Source: an uncultured Fidelibacterota bacterium (GTDB lineage: Bacteria > Fidelibacterota > Marinisomatia > Marinisomatales > UBA1611). From it: a stretch of DNA of 64,000 nt. The notes beneath the pieces are model-generated. The model was not told the DNA's origin. It saw only the letters and a list, made by a program, of their open reading frames with translations, and did not search any database. The position numbers were made by a program, and so were the translations under genes. This document shows, one piece after another, positions 50,007-60,314 of this stretch. The stretch lies in contig CAJWHW010000006.1 in assembly GCA_913040915.1 (NCBI GenBank), forward strand, positions 13,727 through 77,726, read 5' to 3'. Numbering within the stretch: the stretch's first letter is position 1; every line of letters begins with the position of its first letter.

Positions 50007-51452
50007 CTACCCAACACTTCCTTCTAGACTCACTTCCATCAATTTTGTTGCTTCTACAGCGAATTCCATGGGTAATTCATTAAAGACTTCTTTACAAAAT
50101 CCATTCACAATCATAGATACGGCATCTTCAGTTGAAATTCCTCGCTGATTGCAGTAAAAAAGCTGATCTTCGCCAATATTAGATGTAGTTGCTTCATGCT
50201 CCATTTGGGCTGACGGATTTCTCACATCAATGTAGGGGAATGTATGCGCACCGCATTGATCGCCAATCAAGATGGAATCACATTGGGAATAGTTGCGGGA
50301 ATTTTCAGCACCTTTCATAATCTTTACTTCACCGCGATAGGTTTGTTGACCATGGCCTGCAGAGATACCTTTGGAAATAATGGTGCTTTTAGTATTTTTA
50401 CCAAGATGAATCATTTTGGTACCGGTGTCGGCTTGCTGGTGATTATTGGTGACGGCTACAGAATAAAATTCACCGACAGAATGATCACCTTTTAATATAC
50501 AGGATGGATATTTCCATGTAACGGCAGATCCTGTTTCAACTTGGGTCCATGAAATTCTGGAATGATCTCCCAAGCATGTTCCACGTTTTGTTACAAAATT
50601 ATAAATGCCTCCTTTTCCTGTTTCCGGATGTCCTGGATACCAATTTTGAACGGTTGAATATTTGATGGTTGCATCTTGATGAGCAACTAATTCAACTACG
50701 GCAGCGTGTAGTTGATTCTCATCCCGCATAGGAGCTGTACATCCTTCTAGATAACTGACATAGCTACCTTCATCAGCAACAATCAGAGTTCGTTCAAATT
50801 GACCTGTTTTTGCTTCATTGATCCTGAAATAAGTGGAGAGTTCCATGGGGCAACGCACTCCTTTGGGGATATAAACAAATGAGCCATCGGTAAATACTGC
50901 TGAATTCAAAGTGGCATAATAATTATCCGTATAAGGGACAACGGTGCCAAGATATTTTTTCACCAATTCGGGATAATCTTTTACTGCTTCTGAGAAGCTA
51001 CAAAAAATGACACCGGCCTTTTTTAATTCTTCTTTAAACGTGGTTGCAACGGATACGCTGTCAAATACAGCATCTACAGCCACTCCCGAAAGCATTTTTT
51101 GCTCTTCCAGAGGTATGCCTAACTTATTATATGTTGCTAACAATTCAGGGTCTACTTCATCCAGGCTGGCTAGCTCTTTCTTTCTTGGTGCGGAAAAATA
51201 ACTTATCGCTTGATAATCAATATTCTTGTAAGACACTTTTGCCCAGGCTGGCTCTGTCATTTTAAGCCAGTGATAATATGCTTTTAACCGCCAATCTAAT
51301 AGCCAGTCCGGCTCTTCTTTTTTTGCAGAAATAGTACGAATTATATTCTCGTCTAAGCCCGGTGGAAGCGTTTCAGATTCAATATCTGTAACAAAACCGT
51401 ACTCGTACTCTTTCTTTATTTGTTCATTAATGATTTGTTGTTCGTTACTCAT
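50007..51452 (-). CDS. sufB: Fe-S assembly protein SufB
   Basis: [36 protein letters not shown]. Confidence 0.97.
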   Translation of the reverse strand: MSNEQQIINEQIKKEYEYGFVTDIESETLPPGLDENIIRTISAKKEEPDWLLDWRLKAYYHWLKMTEPAWAKVSYKNIDYQAISYFSAPRKKELASLDEVDPELLATYNKLGIPLEEQKMLSGVAVDAVFDSVSVATTFKEELKKAGVIFCSFSEAVKDYPELVKKYLGTVVPYTDNYYATLNSAVFTDGSFVYIPKGVRCPMELSTYFRINEAKTGQFERTLIVADEGSYVSYLEGCTAPMRDENQLHAAVVELVAHQDATIKYSTVQNWYPGHPETGKGGIYNFVTKRGTCLGDHSRISWTQVETGSAVTWKYPSCILKGDHSVGEFYSVAVTNNHQQADTGTKMIHLGKNTKSTIISKGISAGHGQQTYRGEVKIMKGAENSRNYSQCDSILIGDQCGAHTFPYIDVRNPSAQMEHEATTSNIGEDQLFYCNQRGISTEDAVSMIVNGFCKEVFNELPMEFAVEATKLMEVSLEGSVG

Positions 51453-51526
51453 TTTATTCTGTCACTCAGTGACTGGGATTTACAAAGTTTTTATATTTTA
51501 TTTGAACTGCTTTAACCTGAAAAAAA

Positions 51527-51901
51527 TTAGGCGGAAAAACTTGTTCCGCAGCCGCAAGTCCTTTCAGCATTTGGATTTTTGATCTTAAAACCACCATTTA
51601 GTAAATCATCGGAGTAATCAATTTCTACATCTTTTAAATACAACCAGCTTTGAAGATCGCACACAATTCTAAGACCGTTAGATTCGAACTCTTTATCAAA
51701 TTCACCTATTTTATTTTCAAAATCCATTTTGTAAGTCATGCCAGAACATCCGCCACCTTCAACGGACATTCTTAAAAAATGATCATCTTTTCCATCAGCT
51801 TCCATTACAGCCGTCAATCTTTTTACTGCTGCTTTTGAAGCAGTAATGCTTGCATTTTGAAATGCTTCCTGTTGTATTTCTATAGATTGTTTTTCGCTCA
51901 T
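51527..51901 (-). CDS. A-type Fe-S carrier (IscA/SufA/HesB family)
   Basis: GGGCSG, NPNA..TCGCG.SF; start placed at the TAATG overlap (51901). Confidence 0.92.
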   Translation of the reverse strand: MSEKQSIEIQQEAFQNASITASKAAVKRLTAVMEADGKDDHFLRMSVEGGGCSGMTYKMDFENKIGEFDKEFESNGLRIVCDLQSWLYLKDVEIDYSDDLLNGGFKIKNPNAERTCGCGTSFSA

Positions 51902-52263
51902 TATTCCCACTCCATATCGATTTTTGGTTCTTGTTTTGGAACCGGTGCTGGATCAAAACCAAGTTTTTTTCTAGCTACGTCTGTCATCATTGCCGGATTC
52001 CAGGGCGGATCAAATGTTACGGTTACATGGCAATCAGTCACTTCTTCCAGGACTGAAACTTTTGTTTTAATGTCATCTGCCATATGTTGTCCCATGCTGC
52101 ATCCAGGGGTGGTTAAGGACATGATAATTTTCACTTCAGTTTTTTCTCCTTCAACTTCCTCAAACTTAATATCATAGATTAAGCCAAGATTCCACAGATC
52201 CACGGGGATTTCCGGATCATAACATTGTTTTAATACATCAATTATTTTATCGTTCAAATTCAT
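51901..52263 (-). CDS. Second DUF59 (SufT/PaaD-like) Fe-S maturation protein
   Basis: YDPEIPVD..NLGLIY, LTTPGC, FDPPW. Confidence 0.88.
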   Translation of the reverse strand: MNLNDKIIDVLKQCYDPEIPVDLWNLGLIYDIKFEEVEGEKTEVKIIMSLTTPGCSMGQHMADDIKTKVSVLEEVTDCHVTVTFDPPWNPAMMTDVARKKLGFDPAPVPKQEPKIDMEWE

Positions 52264-52661
52264 TAGTATGTGATGTCCGCTAATGTCATTTTATCAAACA
52301 TGGATCGGATGGAATCATTGATCCGATTTATTGGTGTTCGAATATTGCAGGCATTCAATTGATCACATCTAGAATCAAAGTAGCAGTCCATGATACCCAT
52401 AGGTCCTTCCATGATTTCAAAAAATTTTGTCATATTGATTGAATTGGGATCTGTTTTCAGCATATAACCGCCTGATGGACCCTTCACCGCTTTTATAACA
52501 TCTTCACGGGCAAGATGTTGAAGCACTTTTGCCAACAATTCCTGCGGGATAGCATAGTTCTCAGCAATTTCTTTTGCTGTAGTTAATTCGCCATCTTGTT
52601 TTCCCTTCAGGTGCCGTAAAGCTATGAGGGCATATTCGACTTTGCGGGTAATTTTTAACAT
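52263..52661 (-). CDS. Rrf2-family (IscR-like) regulator of the suf operon
   Basis: wHTH with GPSGGY; Cx5Cx5C (CYFDSRCDQLNAC). Confidence 0.92.
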   Translation of the reverse strand: MLKITRKVEYALIALRHLKGKQDGELTTAKEIAENYAIPQELLAKVLQHLAREDVIKAVKGPSGGYMLKTDPNSINMTKFFEIMEGPMGIMDCYFDSRCDQLNACNIRTPINRINDSIRSMFDKMTLADITY

Positions 52662-52680
52662 GGTTCCAAAATCCTAATTA

Positions 52681-52740
52681 AAGTTACCAGATCGGGAGAG
52701 TGCCTTTCAAGTAGTAATTCCGACAAAATTTGTCGGGTAT
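52681..52740 (-). promoter_or_regulatory. suf promoter and IscR-type-1-like operator
   Basis: Perfect 8-1-8 palindrome ccgacaaa-a-tttgtcgg (52720-52736); TTGAAA (52710-52705), 18-nt spacer, TAACTT (52686-52681) with an extended TG. Confidence 0.75.
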
Positions 52741-52743
52741 AAT

Positions 52744-53781
52744 TTATATCAGATGAATCAGGGACTCTTTTATATCTGTGATTTTGCCAATGATTTTAGC
52801 AGAATCGCCAAAGCTTTGAAAAAAAATATTGGCATCATTTTCAGGAAGAGAAATGAGAAGTCCTCCAGATGTCTGTGCATCTGCTGCTAGAAGTTTTTCT
52901 AATTCCGATAATCCGTCATCGAACATAACATAATCTTTAACATATGCTAAGTTACGTTTCGTCCCACCGGCCATAATTCCTGATTCAGCTAATTTTTGAA
53001 CACCAGATAAAAAATCAAGTTTATTAAAATTAATTATCGCTGATACACCACTGCCTTGGCATATTTCTTTCAAATGTCCCAATAAACCATATCCGGTTAC
53101 ATCTGTTACGGCATTTACAGTTAATCCTTGTAGCGAACTTGCAGCACTCTTATTAAGCATGGCCATGGATTCAATAGCTCTCTGGATTGTTTCAGCATCT
53201 GCCACACCTTTTTTTATTGCAGTGGCAATAACACCAGTGCCGAGAGGTTTAGTCAGAATCAATACATCACCAACTTTTGCACTAGAATTTTTCCACATAT
53301 TAATTTCATCAACTTCACCTGTAACCACCATGCCAAATTTTGGTTCTTTATCATCAACAGAGTGTCCCCCTACAATAGGTATTCCTGCTTCTTCTGCCTT
53401 ATCTGCACCTCCTTGCAAAATTTCAGTCAAAATTGATTTTGGCAGTTCACTTATAGGAAACCCAACAATATTCAATGCGAAAAGTGGTTTTCCTCCCATA
53501 GCATATATATCGGAAAGTGCATTAGCTGCAGCAATTTGACCAAATTGGTATGGTTCATCCACGATTGGAGTGAAAAAGTCAACAGTTTGAATGATTATTT
53601 TACCACTGTCAATGCGCACGGCTGCCGCATCATCTGCACTATCAAAGCCAACAACGACGGAATCGTGAGCTGGTATTTTTAAATCACCCAGAACCTGAGC
53701 TAAGTCACTCGGACCGATTTTACATGCTCAACCGGAACCGTGGCTTAAAGTGGTGAGCCTTATTTTATCTCTATCTGTCAT
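52744..53781 (-). CDS. selD: Selenophosphate synthetase, selenocysteine-containing (345 aa, UGA at codon 18)
   Basis: MTDRDKIRLTTLSHGSG-TGA-ACKIGP...DDAAA continues in frame into TVDFFTP, ANALSDIYAMGG, TDVTGYGLLGHL, DAQTSGGLL. Confidence 0.95.
53696..53730 (-). promoter_or_regulatory. Candidate bacterial SECIS hairpin
   Basis: UGAGC...GCUCA lower stem with apical GGUC-CGAGU-GACU; loop begins after a 16-nt spacer from the UGA. Confidence 0.6.
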
Positions 53782-53796
53782 TTAGATTATTTTTAA

Positions 53797-55764
53797 TTAG
53801 GATTCGTCGGGTGCTAGAGCAATTAAACCATCTTCAGGCGTCAGGGTAAATTCCTTCCTTTTATCTGGAATCAACGATATACCAAACATTTTATCTTTTT
53901 CTTTTTCCTCAGCGTGCAATTGCACTCCTAAAATGACTTCTTGCCGGATCTGGGCTGCTTTGACACATTCACCATATTGTACGGTTATAGAATCTTTCCC
54001 CTCAAAAGAAAAATAATAAGAAGCAGGCTTGATATAGAGTTCACTTCCATCAGCTTGAAACAGGTCGTCATAAACATCCAGAGCCATTGGTTCTTCGGAT
54101 ACTTGAGCCATGATTTGAGATACAAATTGATTTGATACCATAAAATCTTCCACACCGCTATTTAAGATTATATCTATATTCTCACTGTCCATGACCTCTG
54201 TAATCAGTTTGGGCCATTTATTTGAATTTGAATTTCTTAGGATTTGACGTATTCTAATTAAAAGTGAAATAACATAAGCATCCATCTCTTCAATAGTAGA
54301 ACCGCCAGGAGACAGGATTAGTAGACTATTAAAACTTTGCGGATCAATATCATTCAAACGGCTCAAATCATTGAAATCCATTTCATGTATGGAAATACTT
54401 AAGTTGGGATAGCTTTCTAATAATTTTATCCTATATTCTTCCATTTCACCATTTAATTCTGAGACATAGGTACATAATTCAGAATTTCCAGGTAAATAAC
54501 TACACAGTTTTTCCATGATGATTTCAGTCTTTGGTGTCCAGTTTAATAATGCCACTCGTTGTTTTCTAAGATTGGTATCAACCTGAGGGATTTCGGATGT
54601 TTTTGCTTGAAAGACCGGTTCATTAAAATAAAAGATTGTTGAATCATCTTCCGCAAATACTATAAGGTCGTCCTCGTTTGTTACTGGCGTATCAGGATGT
54701 GGATTCAAAGTGATTAGGCCATCACTATTATGTATTCCAAGTGGCGTACTGCTTTTAAACCGGTTTGTTAGATCTCCAAAAGAAAGATTTTCTCCCCATC
54801 CATCATCTGGTTTATAAAAGTAAAATTCATTCCCATCAAAGCCTACCATGTCACTATAAACAACAGATAGGCCATTATGACTTAGTGCGAGTTGGGCTAT
54901 CATTCGTGATAGTACACTGACTTCATTGAGAGCTTTCACCGTTCCTGAAGAAATATTTTCTGCTAAGTCCCTGTCTCGATCTGAATGGATTTCACAAATA
55001 ATTGGTGGATGTTCCTCTCCATCGCATACGGCAATGATGGACATAATTGATTTAAGAACCAAAGCATCAGCTAATTTTTTTTCAGACTCTGAGCGCCAAC
55101 TTGCTGCATTATTCATAACGATAATCGATTTAGCATGATTTGCATTGACTTTTTTTAGATTATTTATGTTGGTTACTACTCCGGATCTAGTAATTACTCG
55201 TGTTGTTTCGAAATTGTCGATGTTATCGCGAATAAGATTATCCATATCTTCTTTATCATCCTCTGCCAGAATCACTACAGCAGCATCTGGTTCTGATTCA
55301 TTGGCTTCTATCAATTCACGGATAATTTCTATAATTCTGTCACCAAATCCTAAAATCAGTGTATGATCTTTTTCCAGGACAAGACTACGTCCTCGTCGGA
55401 GCTCAGCTAATTTCGCTTCAAATACGCTGGTGATAAATGCTACCATACTTGAAAAAAGGATTAAGCCTACTAAAACGCCAAGAATGGATGAAAGCTTTGC
55501 TAACCAGTTACTGTCTCCGTCCGTTTCTGCAGCGGAACCCTCCATGACTGCCACATATACTCGCCAGGGGATTTCTATCCAGCTGCTTAAGGTCTCATCT
55601 GGGATAAATACGTTAGCAATAACACGTAAGAACACCATAAATAAAAACCCGCCTGTAAATAGGGCCAATAATGCTAAAAAGATGGATGAACTTCCTTTCG
55701 ACATGAAATTATCGATGCCATATCGAATTCTCATTCCTAAAGGATAAAGTGATTTTTTGCTCAT
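53797..55764 (-). CDS. CASTOR/POLLUX-like putative ion channel (TM pore plus tandem RCK domains)
   Basis: DNFMSKG, TM-pore-TM, LRRGRS.VLE.DH.LILG, TRSG, FDGNEFY, DFMVSN, GSELYIKP. Confidence 0.85.
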   Translation of the reverse strand: MSKKSLYPLGMRIRYGIDNFMSKGSSSIFLALLALFTGGFLFMVFLRVIANVFIPDETLSSWIEIPWRVYVAVMEGSAAETDGDSNWLAKLSSILGVLVGLILFSSMVAFITSVFEAKLAELRRGRSLVLEKDHTLILGFGDRIIEIIRELIEANESEPDAAVVILAEDDKEDMDNLIRDNIDNFETTRVITRSGVVTNINNLKKVNANHAKSIIVMNNAASWRSESEKKLADALVLKSIMSIIAVCDGEEHPPIICEIHSDRDRDLAENISSGTVKALNEVSVLSRMIAQLALSHNGLSVVYSDMVGFDGNEFYFYKPDDGWGENLSFGDLTNRFKSSTPLGIHNSDGLITLNPHPDTPVTNEDDLIVFAEDDSTIFYFNEPVFQAKTSEIPQVDTNLRKQRVALLNWTPKTEIIMEKLCSYLPGNSELCTYVSELNGEMEEYRIKLLESYPNLSISIHEMDFNDLSRLNDIDPQSFNSLLILSPGGSTIEEMDAYVISLLIRIRQILRNSNSNKWPKLITEVMDSENIDIILNSGVEDFMVSNQFVSQIMAQVSEEPMALDVYDDLFQADGSELYIKPASYYFSFEGKDSITVQYGECVKAAQIRQEVILGVQLHAEEKEKDKMFGISLIPDKRKEFTLTPEDGLIALAPDES

Positions 55765-55980
55765 AACAAGTAGTTGAAAATATTATTATAACACAAGTTG
55801 AAGCTTAAAAAATTTTTACCCAAGAAAGGTAATTAATTTCTTTCTCCCTTTGAAATCAACTTGGTAAATTAAAGAGTACATGATTTTATGGAATATTTAA
55901 AATACATACTTTAATATACCAATCTAAAAAATTTCTACCCCGTCTAGAAAATAAAACCTTTCAACTTAAATAATATACCT

Positions 55981-57822
55981 ATGGGAAAAACATTTAAAAC
56001 AATCGATGAGGCCGTTATAAGATTTGCTGGTGACTCTGGAGATGGTATGCAGCTTACTGGTGGGCGTTTTACTGAGACTACTGCTATTGTAGGAAACGAC
56101 CTGAGCACATTACCTGATTTTCCAGCAGAGATTCGTGCTCCTGCTGGCTCTTTAGCCGGTGTTAGTGCATTCCAAATCAAATTCTCATCGAAAGATATCC
56201 ATACACCGGGGGATAAACCGGATGTTTTGGTAGCCATGAATCCTGCAGCTTTAAAAGTCCACCAAAAAGACTTAATTCCAGGTGGTACAATGATTGTAAA
56301 TACGGATGCATTTACAAAGAAAAATTTAAATTTTGCAGGATATGAGTCTAACCCAATCGATGATGGCTCTCTAGACGATTATTTTACAGTTATTCCAATA
56401 GAGATGAATAAAATGGTGACAGCTGCATGTGAAGGATTGGACATGTCGCCAAAACTGGTTGGGAGGACCAAAAACTTTTTTGCTCTAGGTGTTTTATATT
56501 ATATGTATGATCGTCCTTTGGAAGCTACGGAGGAATGGCTCAAGAAGAAATTTTCCGGTAAGGATGCGATCATTGAAGCCAATACTCGCGCTATGAATGC
56601 GGGCTACAACTATGCTGATACAACTGAGCTTTTCATGACTCGTTATAAGGTAGAAAAAGCTGTGCTTCCTCCAGGGAAATACCGCAATATAAATGGGAAT
56701 TTAGCCACATCTTTAGGGCTATTAGCCGCTTCCGAAAAATCTGGTTTGAATTTATTTTATGGTGGATACCCAATTACCCCTGCGAGTGATATTTTGCATA
56801 CGCTTGCAGCATGGAAACATTTTGGTGTGCAAACATTTCAAGCTGAAGATGAAATTGCGGGAGTTGCTTCCGTTGTGGGTGCTTCCTTTACAGGAAATTT
56901 AGCAGTTACAGCTACTTCTGGCCCTGGCATTGCCCTCAAGGGTGAAGCTCTGGGCTTGGCAGTGATAACGGAATTGCCTATGGTAGTAATCAATGTCCAA
57001 CGAGGGGGACCTAGTACAGGTTTACCAACTAAGACAGAACAATCTGATTTAAACCAAGCACTATATGGAAGGAATGGTGAAGCTCCCTTGCCGGTAATTG
57101 CAGCGGCAACACCCGGGGATTGCTTTTATGCTGCATATGAGGCCTGCCAGATTGCACTGAAATATATGACACCGGTTATGCTTTTAACTGATGGCTATTT
57201 AGCCAATGGCTCAGAGCCTTGGATGATCCCTGAAATGGATGAACTAAAGGACATCCAAATCAATTTTGCTGATTCTAAAAATGGAGAAGATGAATTTTTG
57301 CCTTACCTTAGAAATGAAGATACATTAGCTAGACCTTGGGCTGTCCCAGGGACGCCTGGCCTTGAACATCGTATAGGTGGAATTGAAAAAGCGGAAAATA
57401 CTGGTCATGTATCTTATGACCCTGAAAATCACCATAAAATGGTAGAAATAAGGCAGGCAAAAGTTGACAAGATTCGACAGGATATACAAAAAACAGAAGT
57501 ATTTGGCGAAGACCATGGTGATATGTTGATTTTGAGTTGGGGCGGCACTTATGGTGCCTGCCGATCAGCAGTTGAAACGCTTCAAGATGAAGGTTTGAAA
57601 GTCTCACATGTCCATCTGAGATGGATTAACCCGCTGCCGCAAGACCTGGGTGAAATCATTATTGGATTTCAAGATGTATTGGTTCCGGAAATAAATCTTG
57701 GGCAATTACTACGTTTAATCCGGTCAGAATATTTGGTCGATGCTCAAGGACTGAACCTTGTCAGAGGCCGACCTATTGGTGCTGCCACTATTGTTGAACA
57801 TGTTAAAAAATCATTGAGTTAA
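55981..57822 (+). CDS. korA: 2-oxoacid:ferredoxin oxidoreductase alpha subunit (gamma-alpha fusion)
   Basis: RFAGDSGDGMQ, YPITPAS, QAEDEIA, TSGPG, QRGGPSTGLPTK. Confidence 0.92.
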   Translation: MGKTFKTIDEAVIRFAGDSGDGMQLTGGRFTETTAIVGNDLSTLPDFPAEIRAPAGSLAGVSAFQIKFSSKDIHTPGDKPDVLVAMNPAALKVHQKDLIPGGTMIVNTDAFTKKNLNFAGYESNPIDDGSLDDYFTVIPIEMNKMVTAACEGLDMSPKLVGRTKNFFALGVLYYMYDRPLEATEEWLKKKFSGKDAIIEANTRAMNAGYNYADTTELFMTRYKVEKAVLPPGKYRNINGNLATSLGLLAASEKSGLNLFYGGYPITPASDILHTLAAWKHFGVQTFQAEDEIAGVASVVGASFTGNLAVTATSGPGIALKGEALGLAVITELPMVVINVQRGGPSTGLPTKTEQSDLNQALYGRNGEAPLPVIAAATPGDCFYAAYEACQIALKYMTPVMLLTDGYLANGSEPWMIPEMDELKDIQINFADSKNGEDEFLPYLRNEDTLARPWAVPGTPGLEHRIGGIEKAENTGHVSYDPENHHKMVEIRQAKVDKIRQDIQKTEVFGEDHGDMLILSWGGTYGACRSAVETLQDEGLKVSHVHLRWINPLPQDLGEIIIGFQDVLVPEINLGQLLRLIRSEYLVDAQGLNLVRGRPIGAATIVEHVKKSLS

Positions 57823-57825
57823 ACT

Positions 57826-58833
57826 ATGAGTGAAATACAAACCCCAACATTAACAAAAAAAGATTTCGAATCTGATCAAGCTGTAAGATGGTGTCCCGGA
57901 TGCGGTGATTATGCCATTTTAGCTCAGACGCAGAAGAATATGCCGACTTTTGGTCGGAACAAAGAAGAATTCGTATTTGTTTCTGGCATTGGTTGCTCGA
58001 GTCGTTTTCCCTATTATATGAATACATACGGATTTCATTCTATCCATGGTCGGGCACCTGCAGTAGCAACCGGCGTTAAAATTGCCAATCCAGATTTATC
58101 CGTTTGGATTGTCACTGGTGATGGTGATGGACTCTCTATTGGTGGAAATCATTTTATGCATGCGCTTCGCCGGAATATGGACGTCAATATTTTAATGTTT
58201 AATAACAGAATCTATGGTTTAACTAAAGGGCAATATTCACCTACATCCGAACATGGGAAAGTGACCAAAGCAACGCCATTTGGTTCAATTGATTTTCCAT
58301 TGAATCCCCCTTCATTGGCATTAGGTGCTCAAGCAACATTTGTGGCTAGGACCATCGACCGTTGGCAAAAGCATATGGCAGAAATGATGGAACGCTCCTA
58401 TCACCATGATGGAGGTTCCTTTATTGAGATTTATCAAAACTGTAATATCTTTAATGATGGTGCATTTGAAGAATATACAGGAAAAGAGAAGCTGGATAAT
58501 GTCATTGAATTAAAACATGGAGAACCGATGCTTTTCTCCAATGGTACAAAAGGGATCAAACTGGATGGTTCTTCTGCAACCGTTGTTGAAATGGAGAAAT
58601 ACAGTCTTGATGAAATCCTTGTCCACGATGAAACTAATTTAGATCTTGCTCATATCATTGCCAATTGGACAACTCATCCTATTTTACCTGAACCGATAGG
58701 AGTGATTTATTCTATTGATAAACCAACCTATAATCAGGAGATCATGGACCAGGTTGAACATGCCAAAAAAGTAAAAGGTGTAGGCAATGTTCAAGATCTA
58801 CTTAACGCAGGAGATACCTGGGTAGTAAAATAA
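57826..58833 (+). CDS. korB: 2-oxoacid:ferredoxin oxidoreductase beta subunit
   Basis: WCPGCGD, SGIGCS, HGRA, GDGD...[10 protein letters not shown]. Confidence 0.92.
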   Translation: MSEIQTPTLTKKDFESDQAVRWCPGCGDYAILAQTQKNMPTFGRNKEEFVFVSGIGCSSRFPYYMNTYGFHSIHGRAPAVATGVKIANPDLSVWIVTGDGDGLSIGGNHFMHALRRNMDVNILMFNNRIYGLTKGQYSPTSEHGKVTKATPFGSIDFPLNPPSLALGAQATFVARTIDRWQKHMAEMMERSYHHDGGSFIEIYQNCNIFNDGAFEEYTGKEKLDNVIELKHGEPMLFSNGTKGIKLDGSSATVVEMEKYSLDEILVHDETNLDLAHIIANWTTHPILPEPIGVIYSIDKPTYNQEIMDQVEHAKKVKGVGNVQDLLNAGDTWVVK

Positions 58834-58834
58834 A

Positions 58835-60232
58835 ATGAATACTCGTACTGAACAGGATAGTATCGGCCCTGTTGAAGTACCGGCAGACCGATATTACGGC
58901 GCACAAACCCAGCGCTCATTTGAAAATTTCAAAATTGGTAGCGAAAAATTTCCCAGGGAGTTTATCCGGGCTTATGGATTATTAAAAAAAGCAGCAGCTA
59001 GTGTCAATAATCAATTCGGTAACTTATCATCAGAACTTAAGGATGTAATTCAGCAAGCTACTGATGAGGTAATTGATGGGGAATTAGATGATCATTTTCC
59101 ACTCGTTGTATGGCAAACTGGTTCCGGGACTCAGACCAATATGAACTTTAATGAAGTGATAGCAAACCGGTCTATTGAGATTATGGGTGGAGAAATGGGC
59201 AGTAAAACACCGGTCCACCCAAATGACCATGTGAATATGAGTCAATCCACAAATGATACTTTTCCAACTGCCATCAATATTGCAGCTGTAGAAAGTATCC
59301 ATCACCAATTAATTCCCGCTTTGAAAGCACTCAGGGATACATTGGATCAAAAATCCAAAAAGTTTGAATCAATTGTAAAACTGGGCCGAACCCATTTACA
59401 GGATGCAACACCCTTGAGTCTAGGTCAGGAATTTTCTGGTTATGTTTCGGCCCTTGATCATGGACTAAAAAGAATTGAGAATGCTTTAGACCATTGCTAT
59501 GAATTAGCCATGGGCGGGACCGCTGTGGGTACTGGAATCAATTCAGTAAAAGGCTTTGCTGAAGCTGTAGCAAATGAGATTTCTGCTTTAACTGGATTAC
59601 CTTTTAAAACGGCTAAAAATAAGTTTGAAGCACTAGGAGGACAGGATAGTATTGTAGAACTGTCAGGGGCTTTAAAAGTCATTGCAGCTTCCTTATTTAA
59701 AATAGTTAATGATATACGCTGGCTTGCAAGCGGACCTCGTTCCGGTATCGGAGAAATAACACTACCGGCAAATGAACCTGGTTCATCTATTATGCCTGGC
59801 AAGGTAAACCCTACTCAATGTGAAGCACTTTCCATGGTCTGTACACAGGTCATGGGAAATGATACAACAATTACAGTCGCTGGTGCTTCCGGAAATTTTG
59901 AATTGAATGTTTACCGGCCTGTATTAGCATACAATATTCTGCAGTCTATCAAGCTATTGGCAGATGGTTGTAGATCATTCAGTAAAAATACTGTAATCGG
60001 CATTGTGCCGAATAAAGAACGAATTGATCATAATCTATATAATTCACTTATGCTGGTAACTGCTTTAAATCCTCATATCGGTTATGATAAAGCTGCGGAA
60101 GTTGCTAAAAAAGCCCATCAGGATAATTCTACTCTTCGTGAAGCGATTATCAAACTAGGTTATTTGTCTGGAGATGACTTTGACAAGCTTGTTCAACCCA
60201 ATCAAATGATCCAACCGCGGATTAAAGACTGA
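58835..60232 (+). CDS. fumC: Fumarate hydratase class II
   Basis: [31 protein letters not shown]. Confidence 0.96.
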   Translation: MNTRTEQDSIGPVEVPADRYYGAQTQRSFENFKIGSEKFPREFIRAYGLLKKAAASVNNQFGNLSSELKDVIQQATDEVIDGELDDHFPLVVWQTGSGTQTNMNFNEVIANRSIEIMGGEMGSKTPVHPNDHVNMSQSTNDTFPTAINIAAVESIHHQLIPALKALRDTLDQKSKKFESIVKLGRTHLQDATPLSLGQEFSGYVSALDHGLKRIENALDHCYELAMGGTAVGTGINSVKGFAEAVANEISALTGLPFKTAKNKFEALGGQDSIVELSGALKVIAASLFKIVNDIRWLASGPRSGIGEITLPANEPGSSIMPGKVNPTQCEALSMVCTQVMGNDTTITVAGASGNFELNVYRPVLAYNILQSIKLLADGCRSFSKNTVIGIVPNKERIDHNLYNSLMLVTALNPHIGYDKAAEVAKKAHQDNSTLREAIIKLGYLSGDDFDKLVQPNQMIQPRIKD

Positions 60233-60260
60233 TTAGGCGGACTATTCAGCTTTTTTCTTT
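60229..60260 (+). terminator. Probable intrinsic terminator after korAB-fumC
   Basis: ctgattag-gcgga-ctattcag stem (one mismatch) then cttttttcttt. Confidence 0.55.
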
Positions 60261-60314
60261 ATTATTTATTAAAATCTCTGTTTAGGCAATTAAGGGAAAC
60301 GTGTAAATTTTCTT

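Noticed and set aside
51462..51474. Small palindrome gtcact-c-agtgac upstream of sufB
   Set aside because: Short, single occurrence and 1-nt loop; not enough to call an operator or hairpin
52744..53619. Track call of a 291-aa SelD starting at GTG
   Set aside because: Would lack the catalytic N-terminal motif; superseded by the UGA read-through model
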